DNA of 63,787 nucleotides, filler included, from Collodictyon triciliatum (Eukaryota), in the NCBI GenBank assembly GCA_043381765.1. It is 15 parts of 15 records of this genome, joined end to end, with 100 filler letters (N's around TTAATTAATTAA, not from the genome) between each part and the next. Parts side by side here need not be neighbours in the genome. Positions count along the whole stretch, not along the records: positions 47,226 to 51,560 come from JBHJMP010006224.1; positions 51,661 to 55,994 come from JBHJMP010006225.1; positions 56,095 to 60,427 come from JBHJMP010006226.1; positions 60,528 to 63,787 come from JBHJMP010006251.1; 11 more parts are not named here. The stretch is one strand, 5' to 3'. Of this stretch, positions 51,315 to 63,787 are shown piece by piece (the stretch's first letter is position 1; every line of letters starts with the position of its first letter). The notes under the pieces were generated by a model. That model saw only the letters and a program-made list of their open reading frames with translations. It made no database searches and was not told where the DNA came from. Both the position numbers and the translations under genes were made by a program.

Positions 51315-51817
51315 CGATCCTGCAGAGATTCGAGCTTCATGAAAAGTTGTGCAGGGAGCAATAAAACTGACAAGACACTTTTCGCTTCGATCCTTGGGAC
51401 TGAATCCACTCTATTTTGTTCAACTCTTCATCTCGTCACAAATCTCACGAGCTACTTTGGCTTGAATACTTCATACTCCATTTATATTTAAGTACTTAAT
51501 ATTCTTCAGAACTTGGGCACTTGACGGACTCGGCATATCAAAAAACAAAAAAAAAAAAAANNNNNNNNNNNNNNNNNNNNNNNNNNNNNNNNNNNNNNNN
51601 NNNNTTAATTAATTAANNNNNNNNNNNNNNNNNNNNNNNNNNNNNNNNNNNNNNNNNNNNGAGAGAAGAGAGAGAAGAGAGAGAAGAGAGAGAAGAGAGA
51701 GAAGAGAGAGAAGAGAGAGAAGAGAGAGAAGAGAGAGAAGAGAGAGAAGAGAGAGAAGAAAGAGAAGAGAGAGAAGAGAGAGAAGAGAGAGAAGAGAGAA
51801 GAGCTGTTGCGCGGAAT

Positions 51818-51848
<31 letters not shown>

Positions 51849-52212
51849 GAGAGAGAAAGAAGCTGGGGGTGAATGAGCAAGACAGAATTAGTTGGCGCAT
51901 GGACAGTAGTAAACATTTCACTCAAAGCATACTCGCATGATTAGACAGACTGGAGACTGTCTCAAGTTTCATTTTGAGGAGTAAAATATGTCTCTGCAAC
52001 TATAAACCTCCTAACTTTTGAGTTGAATCCTTCATACCGATTTACCACAAACCTTTTTTTTTTTTAATATCTTCCGTAGATCCTAGATAAGTATAGAGAC
52101 AGATAAAATTCCAATAGTCAAGGAAAGCCTGATCGATAGAGAGATACGTCGCCCACGTCCTCGCCAGACATTTTCACAATTGAAACTTTGTGATAAAAGA
52201 AAGAAGTAACGG

Positions 52213-55200
52213 ATGGCGGACCTGGATAAGTTGGCCAAAGTCCTTCAAATCACCAAGGAAGGCCTTCTTGCCATGGAGGTTCTCGACCTGCGCCAGTTCA
52301 ATATGACAGAGTTCCCTCCTGCTGTTGCTCACTTGGTCAATCTGAAAGAGTTTTACATCGCTTTAAAAGCCAAATCCAAGGTCCCACAGGTCATCCCTCC
52401 ATGGATAAAGAACCTCACAAACCTGAGAATCTTTATTGTCGAGAAAGGAACAATTGCAAGCATCCCCCCTGAAATCGGTGACCTGGTAAATCTTGAAACT
52501 CTTATAATCACTGACAATCACCTGACGAGTGTTCATGAAAATATTGGCAATCTTTCGAGTTTGGAATATCTTGACCTCTCAGGAAATCGACTGGCTTCTA
52601 TCCCATCCACAATCGGCCTTTTGAAACTCAAAACTTTAGACCTTTCAAACAATAGGTTTTCTATCAAAAAGAAAAAGATTTTTGACCCCGAGCAAATCGA
52701 CATTAGCAGTATCATGGACTCTCCCATAGCCGATGCAGCAGGTGACGAAGGATACACTCTGATTGCCCCAGTAGCCACAAATGTTGATGGTAAAAATTAT
52801 ACTGGCTTTTATGTTCTCTACCTTTTTATCGAATAAAGGGAAACATATTCTCTCTTTTTTTTTTTATCCAAGAATGCATATATTAATGGGAAATGAATGT
52901 GAATATCTCCTGAATCATTTCATTGGTAGGTCTCCCACCTGAAATTATGAATCTCCCAAAATGTGAAGTCACTCTGTTTAGAAATGAAGACCTTCCAACT
53001 CGCTTTGTCAATCGATTTCAGGATGTCATGAAAAAGATGGATGACCCGATTATGCGTGGCCTTCATGTTTTTAATATGCTGAATAAGATGTCTATTGTCG
53101 ACCCCAAAATTACGGACGCATATGAATTCTTCACTAGCACCAGCATTTTGGGTGTGAATGAAAAAGACAGGAAGTTCGAAAGACAAATGATTCCTTACAT
53201 CAAAACGGCATCCAAGTTTAACTCTCTTTTGGTTCTGGAGAATCCGCTCGTTACTTCGTTCGTGGAGAATAAGTGGAATAACGGTGTTCGAATTGAAGAA
53301 TATTTCGCATCGCATGAAAAAATGGTTCAGGCAGTTGACAAAGGCGAGCCAGCTATCTTTGCTCATTTCAAAATTTTCCCACTGGCCTTGCGAGAATTAT
53401 CAGGAAGATTTCTTTTGTCGATGAGAGCAAAGTTTATCCTTTCATTCGTCATGTATGTCTTTTTTCTCTTGATGATGATGAAATATGTGGTTTTTAAGAA
53501 CAACACTTATAATCAACAGAAGCATTTTCAGTCAGACTATTTGACTTCCAATATTCGCCCACCCTCAGATGTTACGGTCGATGGTTTGTGGGATTATATT
53601 GAGAAAGATTTGTACAATTCTATTGCATCTGGATTTGATGATTACTCCAGTTTAGTGGCTCCAGGGCAAGAAACATTACCTGGCTCTTTTTACAGAACCA
53701 CTGGTGGGATTCTATTACAACAACAGCGTTCAAAAATCGAAAAATGCAGAGAGATTACACCACCAGAAATTGGGCCTCAAGAATCAAGTTTATGTGTTCG
53801 GCCCATATCTTATTGGGACGATTCACCCTACGGCCCTAACAACACTTTTATTTTCAAACCTCTAAGCTTGAGAGGAAGGTTATACCCAACATACGGTCGC
53901 CTCGGTGTTCCTTACGTTGATGCTGGATTCCCTCAAGTAATACCTTTGGTACCTAATTTAGCCAAGGATAGAATAAGCTACTTACGCAATAATTCATGGA
54001 TTGATGTCAAGACACGCACACTGGTGGTTGGATTTTTTCCAATAAATGATAATTTGGATACCATTTCCTTCTCGTATTGGCTGATAGAGATGCCTGTTTC
54101 TGGGGGTATCAAGTTCTCTGCACATGTAGACATCGTTCCTCGAGGGTGGCTCGATTTCAACGACACAAAGTATCGAACCATACAGTTATGCATCTGGGTT
54201 TATGCAATTGGCCTGCTTTTTCATGAACTTCAAAGAATAATATCCACTCGCCATCTTTATTTTTATGATGGATGGAATATATTCGACCTTATATTTATGT
54301 CCAGCATGTATGCAGTTATTGCAATCGAACTATACATCTACTCCTTGAATTCTTATCCGGATGACGCCACAGTTGAGGAAAAGATGTCTGATTTTTTGTC
54401 ATCAGTTTTTATGCATGAATTCCAAGGAAAATTATTATCTGGTTTCATATTCTTAGCTTGGTTGAGGTTGCTTATGTACCAGCGAATTCACTCATCTCTT
54501 GGGCCATTGCAAATCATAGTATATGCGATGTGCGTGGATGTCATCAGGTTTCTCTTTTTCCTTGCAATATTCTTGATGGGATTCTCTTTTGGCTTTTACG
54601 CAATTTATGCCACTTACTTGAGAAACGATGCGAATATGATCAACACAATCGGAAACTTGATTTTATATCTTTTCGGTACAACTGACTTTGACAACATCAA
54701 CCAATACGACCCTCTCTTCGGTCCGTCATATTATTATATCTATATGGTTGTGTGTGCAATTATGTTGCTCAATTTTCTTATTGCTATTCTATCTGGCACT
54801 TACGAAAAAATACGCGATACATCTGAAAAGCAGTACCGAAAGCTTTTCGCGGATGTTGTTCTTGCCTTGGACATGGCGCCATTTCCACCTCCAATGAATT
54901 TACTCAGGCCTCTGTATCTCTTGATAGAAAGCTGGTGGAAGGCAAGACTGCATTATTATCCGATGTTGTGGACATTTACGAATTTAGATGCAGGCATTTC
55001 CCTCATAGTGCCTATTCCAAATCTTAGGAAATTGTATTCATACCCGAGTAAAATACCTCCTCCGATTTTGTGTACCAAAATTGACGACTTGACATTCTGC
55101 CTGGGCTCGTTTGTCTTTGGCATATTCATCGTGCTGACTTGCCCTCTACATTTTGCATTCAAGAAATCAAATCCTACGATTCTCCAGAATGTGGAAATAT

Positions 55201-55994
55201 TTGTGTCAATTATGTCACTAACAATACTTCATATCATTTGGCTGGCAACTCTCCCGTTGTGGGGCGTTTTATGGAACTCGAAAGCACTTATATTTTACGC
55301 CAGAGACGCGGTTAACTATATGAAATCATGGAAAGAGAAGGTCAGTTTTTTCTTTTTTCTTTAGAATTTTTTTTAGTAGATTCGTTTCTCTTATTTTTAA
55401 ACTGATCACCAGTGTAATTTGTTTTTGTTTTCTTTTTCTTTAATCTTCTATTTATTTTATTATTCCTTTTCATTTTTTTCATTTTCTGGTAAATAAAATA
55501 CATTATCAAAATGCAGAAAAAAGCAGCGCAAGAGGATGAAGCTATATGTATGGATACATTTATTTTTCGTATATTTATCCAGAGTTTCATTCACATTTAT
55601 TTTAAAAACAACTCGCACGATTATCGAAGCAAATCGAATTTAAATCCCACGAATTTTCCTTCATTCATATCATAGATTTGGTGTGTAAAGTTTTGTGATT
55701 GAATGACTCATGATTTAAACCTTTTCTCTAATAAGTTGAGGATGAAGAGGAGGAGGATGAAGTCGAAGAGGAGGACGAAGATATAACGGAAAATGAGCTT
55801 GAAGATGAAGAGGAGCAATTTTATGATGAAAACGAGAATGGCGAGTACGAAGAGGTGCCTATCAACATCAGAGATAAATCAGACTTACCGAATGGTGTGA
55901 TAGACATAACTGTTTCTGCTCAAAAAGAGGGCTATGGTGTGTATCGGCTGTTCCAACCTTTCTCAAGTGATGCAGGTCATCATGATTTTGAAGT
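52213..55994 (+). CDS. LRR-fused polycystin-2 (TRPP/PKD2)-like cation channel, 3' truncated
   Basis: Exon 52213-52789 encodes LRRs (IPPEIGDLVNLETLIITDNHL...LDLSGNRLASIP). A phase-1 intron 52790-52929 joins it to exon 52930-55340: S1, TOP domain (LLQQQRS...C, YLRNNSWIDVKTR), YFYDGWNIFD, WLRLL, pore LFGTTDF, S6 LLNFLIAILSGTYEKI, extra hydrophobic segments. An acidic exon starts at ~55737. Confidence 0.85.
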
Positions 55995-56094
55995 NNNNNN
56001 NNNNNNNNNNNNNNNNNNNNNNNNNNNNNNNNNNNNNNTTAATTAATTAANNNNNNNNNNNNNNNNNNNNNNNNNNNNNNNNNNNNNNNNNNNN

Positions 56095-56175
<81 letters not shown>

Positions 56176-56303
56176 TACACTCAAATATGAAATGACATTT
56201 TTGTACTATTAAAAATGTGCAAAAAGAACATTAATTGTTTAAAAAAGATTATTTTTTTTAAAAACCTCACTCTTTTTTTGACTTTTGCTTAAAATGTTAT
56301 TAG

Positions 56304-59300
56304 CGAATACAAGGGTCTCCGAAACGGTATTTTCATCTAAGAAATTATCCATTTTGACCCAATCTTCAGTAAACAGTGGCTCCCTGATTAAGACAATGAC
56401 ATCGTCTATATGGAAAAAAACAACATCTAACACGAAATTCCGACATTCCAAATCTCTTCACACACGCAGCATTGAATCGACAGAGTCCCTAATAATACCA
56501 AGTTTATCAATATCTAAAACACACCCGAGGTCTTCAACAACAAAAAGACCAGGAGATACGGCACCATCGGATTATTCTACTACAAAGAAGAAATCGTCTC
56601 CAAATTCAGACAAGAAAACAAGGACACATTCTCGAATCAGAAGTGAATCCAAAAACATTACCAATATACTTATATCCAAATCCAAAACTAACCCTATACC
56701 TTCAAGAACAATTATATCAAGCACACAAACAGATAGAAGCGGATACTATATAAGTACTCCACTGCACAAAGCAACAGATATTAAGCAGGGTGACGCCATG
56801 ACACCTACATTTGAAAAAAAGTATACATCATCAAAAACCAAGGAAACAAAAAAAATGTCGGGTAAGATAATTCTTCTACATTAATCATATTTAGAGATTT
56901 TATATATAATTGTCTAGTTATAAAAAAGGTATATGTCTCATTCTCTCTTATCAGAATACACAAAATATCTTAAAATGCGGAAATGATTTGTTATAAAACG
57001 AAAACTTCTTAATATTTTATTACCATATACATCTATCTTTGTATGATAATAACGTCGCTGTCAAACAGTGTTTTATTTTTAGTAAACATAATTAGTTATA
57101 TAAAATTAAATAAATAAATATGTAATTATGAGCCATGCAAACATACCAATGTTTATAAAATACAACGACTCATCATTTCAGATACGAAAACATACAGCCC
57201 TACTTCAACAAAATTAGGAGATCAATTTACAAGTCTAATTACAGGTACAAATATATACAGCCCCACTAATACCAAGTCTGGTATTCCGACTAAACTATTT
57301 CCAGATACAAAAACCTACAATCCTACAGACACAAAGACTGGAGACCAAACAATAGTATACCCGGAATCTATTACATATAGCCCTACACCAACAAATGCAG
57401 GGGACCAAACAAAAAATATCCCAGATGCGGAAACATACAGTCCTACAGACACAAGGGCGGGAGAGCAAACTAGAGCTATTCCATACACAGCCACAAATAT
57501 TCCTACGAACACGTGGTCTGGTGAAATAATACAAGAATCCCCGCAATCAATTACACCAAGTAGACCTTACCCTAAGACAGCAAATCCTACCGAAACGTAT
57601 ACAAGCACAAAGACCTACTCACCAACGGATACAAATATAGAACATCCTACCAAAACGTATACAAACACGAAGACCTACTCACCAACAGATACAAAGACAG
57701 GACATCCTACCGAAATATATACAAACACAAATACGTATTCACCAACAGATACAAAGACAGGAAATCCTACCGAAATATTTACAAACACAAATACGTATTC
57801 ACCAACAGATACAAAGACAGGACATCCTACTGAAACGTATACAAACACAAAGACGTACTCACCAACGGATACAAAGACAGGAAATCCTACCGAAATATTT
57901 ACAAACACAAATACGTATTCACCAACGGATACAAAGACAGAATATCCTACTGAAACGTATACAAACACGAAGACCTACTCACCAACAGATACTAAGACAG
58001 GATATCCTACTGAAACGTATACAAACACAAAGACGTACTCACCAACGGATACAAAGACAGGAAATCCTACCGAAATATATACAAACACAAATACGTATTC
58101 ACCAACAGATACAAAGATAGGACATCCTACTGAAACGTATACAAACACAAAGACCTACTCACCAACAGATACAAAGACAGGATATCCTACTGAAACGTAT
58201 ACAAACACAGAGACGTACTCACCAACGGATACAAAGACAGGAAATCCTACCGAAATATATACAAACACAAATACGTATTCACCAACGGATACAAAGACAA
58301 GACATCCCACGGAGAAGTATACAAACACAAAGACCTACTCACCAACAGATACTAAGACAGGATATCCTACCAAAACGTATACAAACACAAAGACCTACTC
58401 ACCAACACATACAAAGATAGGAAATCCTACCGAAATATTTACAAACACAAAGACCTACTCACCAACAGATACAAGGACAGGACATCCTACCGAAATATTT
58501 ACAAACACAAATACGTATTCACCAACAGATACAAAGATAGGACATCCTACTGAAACGTATACAAACACAAAGACCTACTCACCAACACATACAAAGACAG
58601 AATATCCTACTGAAACGTATACAAACACAAATACCTACTCACCAACAGATACAAGGACAGGATATCCTACTGAAACGTATACAAACACGAATACCTACTC
58701 ACCGACAGATACAAAGATAGGACATCCTACTGAAACGTATACAAACACGAATACCTACTCACCAACAGATACAAAGATAGGACATCCCACTGAAACGTAT
58801 ACAAACACGAATACCTACTCACCGACAGATACAAAGACAGGACATCCTACGGAAACGTATACAAACACGAATACCTACTCACCGACAGATACAAAGATAG
58901 GACATCCTACGAAAACGTATATAAACACGAATACGTACTCACCGACAGATACAAAGATAGGACATCCCACTGAAACGTATACAAACACGAATACCTACTC
59001 ACCAACAGATACAAAGACAGGATATCCTACTGAAACGTATACAAACACGAATACCTACTCACCAACACATACAAAGACAAGACGTCCCACTGAAACGTAT
59101 ACAAACACGAATACCTACTCACCAACACATACAAAGATAGGACATCCTACGAAAACGTATACAAACACGAATACCTACTCACCGACAGATACAAAGACAG
59201 GATATCCTACTGAAACGTATACAAACACGAATACCTACTCACCAACACATACAAAGATAGGACATCCTACTGAAACGTATACAAACACGAATACCTACTC

Positions 59301-60427
59301 ACCAACAGATACAAAGATAGGACATCCTACTGAAACGTATAAAAACACGAATACGTACTCACCAACAGATACTAAGACAGGACATCCTACTGAAACGTAT
59401 ACAAACACGAATACCTACTCACCGACAGATACTAAGACAGGACATCCTACTGAAACGTATACAAACACGAATACGTACTCACCGACAGATACAAAGATAG
59501 GACATCCTACGGAAACGTATACAAACACGAATACCTACTCACCAACACATACTAAGACAGGACATCCTACTGAAACGTATACAAACACAAAGACCTACTC
59601 ACCAACAGATACAAAGATAGGACATCCTACTGAAACGTATACAAACACGAATACCTACTCACCAACAGATACTAAGACAGGACATCCTACTGAAACGTAT
59701 ACAAACACGAATACCTACTCACCGACAGATACAAGGACAGGATATCCTACTGAAACGTATACAAACACGAATACCTACTCACCAACAGATACAAGGACAG
59801 AATATCCTACTGAAACGTATACAAACACGAATACCTACTCACCAACAGATACAAGGACAGAATATCCTACTGAAACGTATACAAACACGAATACGTACTC
59901 ACCAACAGATACAAGGACAGGATATCCTACGGAAACGTATACAAACACGAATACCTACTCACCGACACATACAAAGACAGAATATCCTACTGAAACGTAT
60001 ACAAACACAAAGACCTACTCACCAACACATACAAAGATAGGACATCCTACCGAAACGTATACAAACACGAATACCTACTCACCAACACATACAAAGATAG
60101 GACATCCTACTGAAACGTATACAAACACGAATACCTACTCACCGACAGATACAAAGACAGGACATCCTACCGAAACGTATACAAACACGAATACCTACTC
60201 ACCAACAGATACAAAGATAGGACATCCTACCGAAACGTATACAAACACAAAGACCTACTCACCAACACATACAAAGACAGAATATCCTACTGAAACGTAT
60301 ACAAACACAAAGACCTACTCACCAACAGATACAAAGATAGGACATCCTACCGAAACGTATACAAACACGAATACCTACTCACCAACACATACAAAGATAG
60401 GACATCCTACTGAAACGTATACAAACA
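56304..60427 (+). CDS. Thr/Ser-rich mucin-like repeat protein (internal exons ~56304-56861 and 57182->60427)
   Basis: Phase-1 GT-AG intron 56862-57181 (TCG G|GTAAG ... TTCAG|AT ACG). The second exon is stop-free for >3.2 kb and is missing from the ORF track because it has no start codon. Confidence 0.85.
57181..60427 (+). repeat. 60-bp coding tandem repeat, ~54 units (first ~7 degenerate), consensus peptide TNTNTYSPTDTK(I/T)GHPTETY
   Basis: Units stack exactly in the 60-column layout with no indels. The array runs into the contig end. Confidence 0.97.
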
Positions 60428-60527
60428 NNNNNNNNNNNNNNNNNNNNNNNNNNNNNNNNNNNNNNNNNNNNTTAATTAATTAANNNNNNNNNNNNNNNNN
60501 NNNNNNNNNNNNNNNNNNNNNNNNNNN

Positions 60528-60585
<58 letters not shown>

Positions 60586-60652
60586 CTTTTCTTTTCTTCT
60601 TTTTTTTTTTTTTGTAAATATCGAATTATTTGGCTAAAATGTTTGTTCTTAG

Positions 60653-63600
60653 TAAATGGAGAGCTCGTTGAAAGTGCAATATCTGTACCTGAAAGCAATA
60701 CACCGAATGGAAAAAGTGTTTTATTAAAGCGAATTTCGACGGTTGCAGTGCTGTCCCAAGATATTTATGTTTGGGGCGAAGTACTCCTCTATAGGTCTGC
60801 TCAAATTAATACCCTATATTCCCGTACATTCTTTTCTCATCGATTCGCTCTAGGCTCGTATCATTTATGTTACAATTTTTTCGGTTGATCAAATCATTTT
60901 CATGTCCTTTTTTATTTTCTTTGCAGCATAATTTAAAATTCGCCTTTTTCATCAGCTCAAACTTCGGTGTCACCTTTATCGTTGTTCATTCTCTCGACAA
61001 TTTTGAAGTTAAATCGTTTACCACGAGTGTTCGAGGCCACTTTGCATTTATGACCTCTGAAAATGAAGTTTGATACAGACCAATTAAAAATTTTATCATA
61101 TAAAGGAAAATGTTCTTGTTATATTGATATATTTACTTTTCATGGGCTCGGGCTGGCCTAAAAGAGTAAAATGCTTTACTATGCCATGTAGATTTGGTAC
61201 GGTCAAGTTGGCTCTGTTATCATGCGAGTCATTGAAAAGGCCCTACCCACAACACCAAAGATGCTTTTCTTTGATGGGGCCGGTGATCTGCACCTATACT
61301 TGGTAATAATTATCCCCTCGCCCGTGTATATTAAAATTATGGATTGATATTCGCATTCATTTCGAGTTTTTCGATTTTTAAAATCGAGGCATTATTTTCA
61401 GATTAATAACGAGTCTCAGTCGTATCAATTTCAAGAGGACCTGTTGTTTAAGTCATACATATCAGATCTCATCTCGCAGAGACAATCCATATCAGGAGTA
61501 TGTCGTAGTGTGCTCGACTTGTAACGTTTCTCAGCGCCCCTCTATTTACCACAATTTATTGCAATCATCTCAGTCAGTATTTCTCTTTGTTTTGTAGTTG
61601 GAGTGTCCTTTCTCTAGTATTTTGTTCAATGCCAGTTTTCTGCCTATGTACACCAGAACGTATGTATTGCTTCTTTTATATGATTCTTTAGGGACGAATA
61701 ATTTTAATTATGCCCAACTTCGACTCATTTTTTGGTTTGATTTGATTTATTTCATTTGATTGGTATATTGTCAAACCTTAAACTGTATGTAGCCCGCAAG
61801 TTCCCTTCGGGCTTCGACTCCTCGGTCGGTCGTACATCCCCACCACAATCTTTTTTGACTATGGCTACCAATACGAATTTGACATTCTGATAAAGCCTGC
61901 ACCCGGCTTTCAGCAAAAGGATGTAATCGGCAATCACTTATCATATTCATATCCATAAGAACCATTTTGATAACTTTCCTTTGTATTAAAAAATGATGTA
62001 TTTTGTGAAGGTAGGTATTTCTTTTCGACTCGCTCAGAATGGAGACAATTTATTGTAATTAAAAACATAACCAAGATATTAGTGAAATTGAATAGTAAAG
62101 AATGCAGTTAGTTTGTTTTTTAATAAAATAAAAAAATTACCTGTCTCATAGACTCGAATCCACAAGAGAAGAGCAATCTTCTGGAGATATCCAATATCAC
62201 GTGAGTAATCTGCAAATATTTTTTTCGTTTATTTTCTTTTATGTATATTTTTGCATCTTTTTTTTGGGGGTAAATTGAGATTTATACAAAATGAATCTGC
62301 CAGTAATTTGAATTCGCAAGATTGGTTACAAATAGTGGCACTAATATGATGGAAATCAGGTCATTCTCAAACAAGAGGCGCCTATGAATGAGAAAAACTT
62401 GCCAGGTGAGAATTTGATTCCATCCACTTTGGCATGGAGTGTTGACGGTGGCTCGTACAAATGCGTGAACGAACGTAGCCCGCCTAGAATTAAGGTTCAG
62501 AGGAAATAGAATATACATCGAAAGAGAGAATACTATACACTTCTAGCGAAGTTTGCTAGCCCCCTTTTTTAACATATAAATAAATCGATTTTTAATTTAT
62601 TTCATTCGGCACATCTTTTAGTCTCTGCTCTACTACGAGCTCCGCGTCTTTTCTGGATGTCCTCCGTCGCAGCAACTACGATTCTCTGTGGACGCCAGCA
62701 TTGAAAAGGACCAAGGTGGCTTGCTTTTCAATAATTAGTATCCAATTTATTCATACCATCGGAAAAATAGAAGGCATTTATATACTAAATACTTAACTGG
62801 TCTTCATTTCTCATCACGGCCCAGTATAATATCAGGATGAAATCAAACTCATTAGCTTTCTAATCAATTATTCATAGGCTGCTCAAACAAAAATGGCGTT
62901 ACTTGTTTATTTTTCGACTATGGTAACACTATTATTGAATAGTCTTCCAAACATTAGACAGAAAATGTGATTTGCACAGAGTATTTTGCCACCCGCTTTA
63001 TGCTTTACACTCACCATGCATTTGCATTTCACTGGGAATTCTAATTACCTAGTATTTGCTCCTGTTTTCGAAATATATGACAACATCACTGGGCAGTCAA
63101 CCAGACTCAGAGGTTTTTTTTTTCAAAAGGAAAGCTTTTCCCGACATTCCTGGACATTTTTATAAATGTTAAAATACGGTGTTTTGTTGTAATCTACTTA
63201 AAATATTTCAAACTGTGAAGATGAGTATCATTTCTATATCATCGGAGGAGGAGAGGACTTTGAGAGTATCAAATATTTTTCCGAATCCGAGGTAAGTACC
63301 GAAGCTGCATGTCTTTGCTATTACGCCCTGATATGTGGAAGCACAGATATTTTGGCAAACAGATTCATCATATGACAGTTCAACATTTTCAAACAACAGA
63401 TTCTGAATTACAACAATGGAACTGGGAGGATATGGTCCCCAAATAATCCTCTAAATGATGACCAAACAATATTATCGGGAACTAAAAACTATAACCAAAT
63501 CAAGTAAAATGTTTATTTCTTGTCAATCTTTAAAAAAAAAAAATTAACTATTTTAATTATTTTTACACGCTGACTTTTCGTAGTTGGGTCTGTGGAAAAG

Positions 63601-63677
63601 GAAGTCCCTGCTATACCATCCTTCCTAAATTCCCTGAGACGCCAGAGTATTATCTGCTCATTAAAGTTACTACAAAG
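60653..63677 (+). CDS. CATSPERG: CatSper auxiliary subunit gamma-like protein, multi-exon, both ends missing
   Basis: Short exons in order: IWYGQVG, LECPFSSILF...MYTR (~61598), IPTTIFFDYGYQYEFDILI (~61793), LRVFSGCPPSQQLRFSV (~62622), GCSNKNGVTCLFFDY, FAPVFEIYDNITGQS, YHFYIIGGGEDFESIKYFSESE|ILNYN, WVCGKGSPCYTILP...PEYYLLIKVT. Collinear with CatSper-gamma motifs (CPF..YTR; IFLDKG..Y.F; GCPPG.RL.F; F.P.F.I.D..TG; VVGGG; W.C....PC). Confidence 0.8.
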
Positions 63678-63787
63678 GTCTTTCTTTTTCTTTTTTGTTT
63701 TTTGGTTTTTTTTGGTTTTTTTTTGGTTTTTTTTGGTTTTTTTTGGTTTTTTTTGGTTTTTTTTGGTTTTTTTTTGGTTTTTTTTTG

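Noticed and set aside
57181-60427. Regular repeat array as a possible CRISPR array
   Set aside because: Units are head-to-tail 60-mers with no unique spacers, they keep an open reading frame, there are no cas genes, and the context is eukaryotic.
63700-63787. (T8G2)n as a telomeric repeat
   Set aside because: It starts right after a GT donor of the CatSper-gamma-like gene and resembles the other intronic T-rich microsatellites.

Overview
This window is not contiguous DNA. It is 15 unrelated contigs (13 complete ones of about 4.33-4.34 kb, roughly sorted by length) joined by identical 100-nt artificial spacers (44 N + TTAATTAATTAA + 44 N), so gene neighbourhood across spacers means nothing. 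The source is an intron-rich eukaryote (GT-AG introns, AT-rich microsatellite-laden introns, standard stop codons). It is most likely a free-living flagellated protist, because it carries motile-cilium genes (DNAAF11/LRRC6, XRRA1-like, TTC16-like) and de novo purine synthesis (purF). Other recognisable content: DNAJC3/P58IPK, TMA7, tRNA-Asn(GTT), a FAM185A/DUF4097-like protein, an NHL-repeat protein, an HS2ST/UST-like sulfotransferase, an ADCY10-like STAND/TPR region, and decayed non-LTR retrotransposon pieces. The most notable items are: (1) a spliced eukaryotic exon matching the phosphohistidine domain of bacterial L-glutamine kinase (Campylobacter Cj1418 family, phosphoramidate biosynthesis); (2) a multi-exon CatSper-gamma homologue not visible in the ORF track; (3) an LRR-polycystin-2 channel fusion; (4) a single-pass GPS/GAIN protein with an Arg/Ser stalk; (5) a ~54-unit 60-bp coding repeat with alternating Thr; (6) an inverted, diverged ~200-nt pair with shared hairpins; (7) an AT-rich, intronless decayed ORF of unknown origin. 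Family assignments come from motif recognition against remembered family sequences and need database confirmation.
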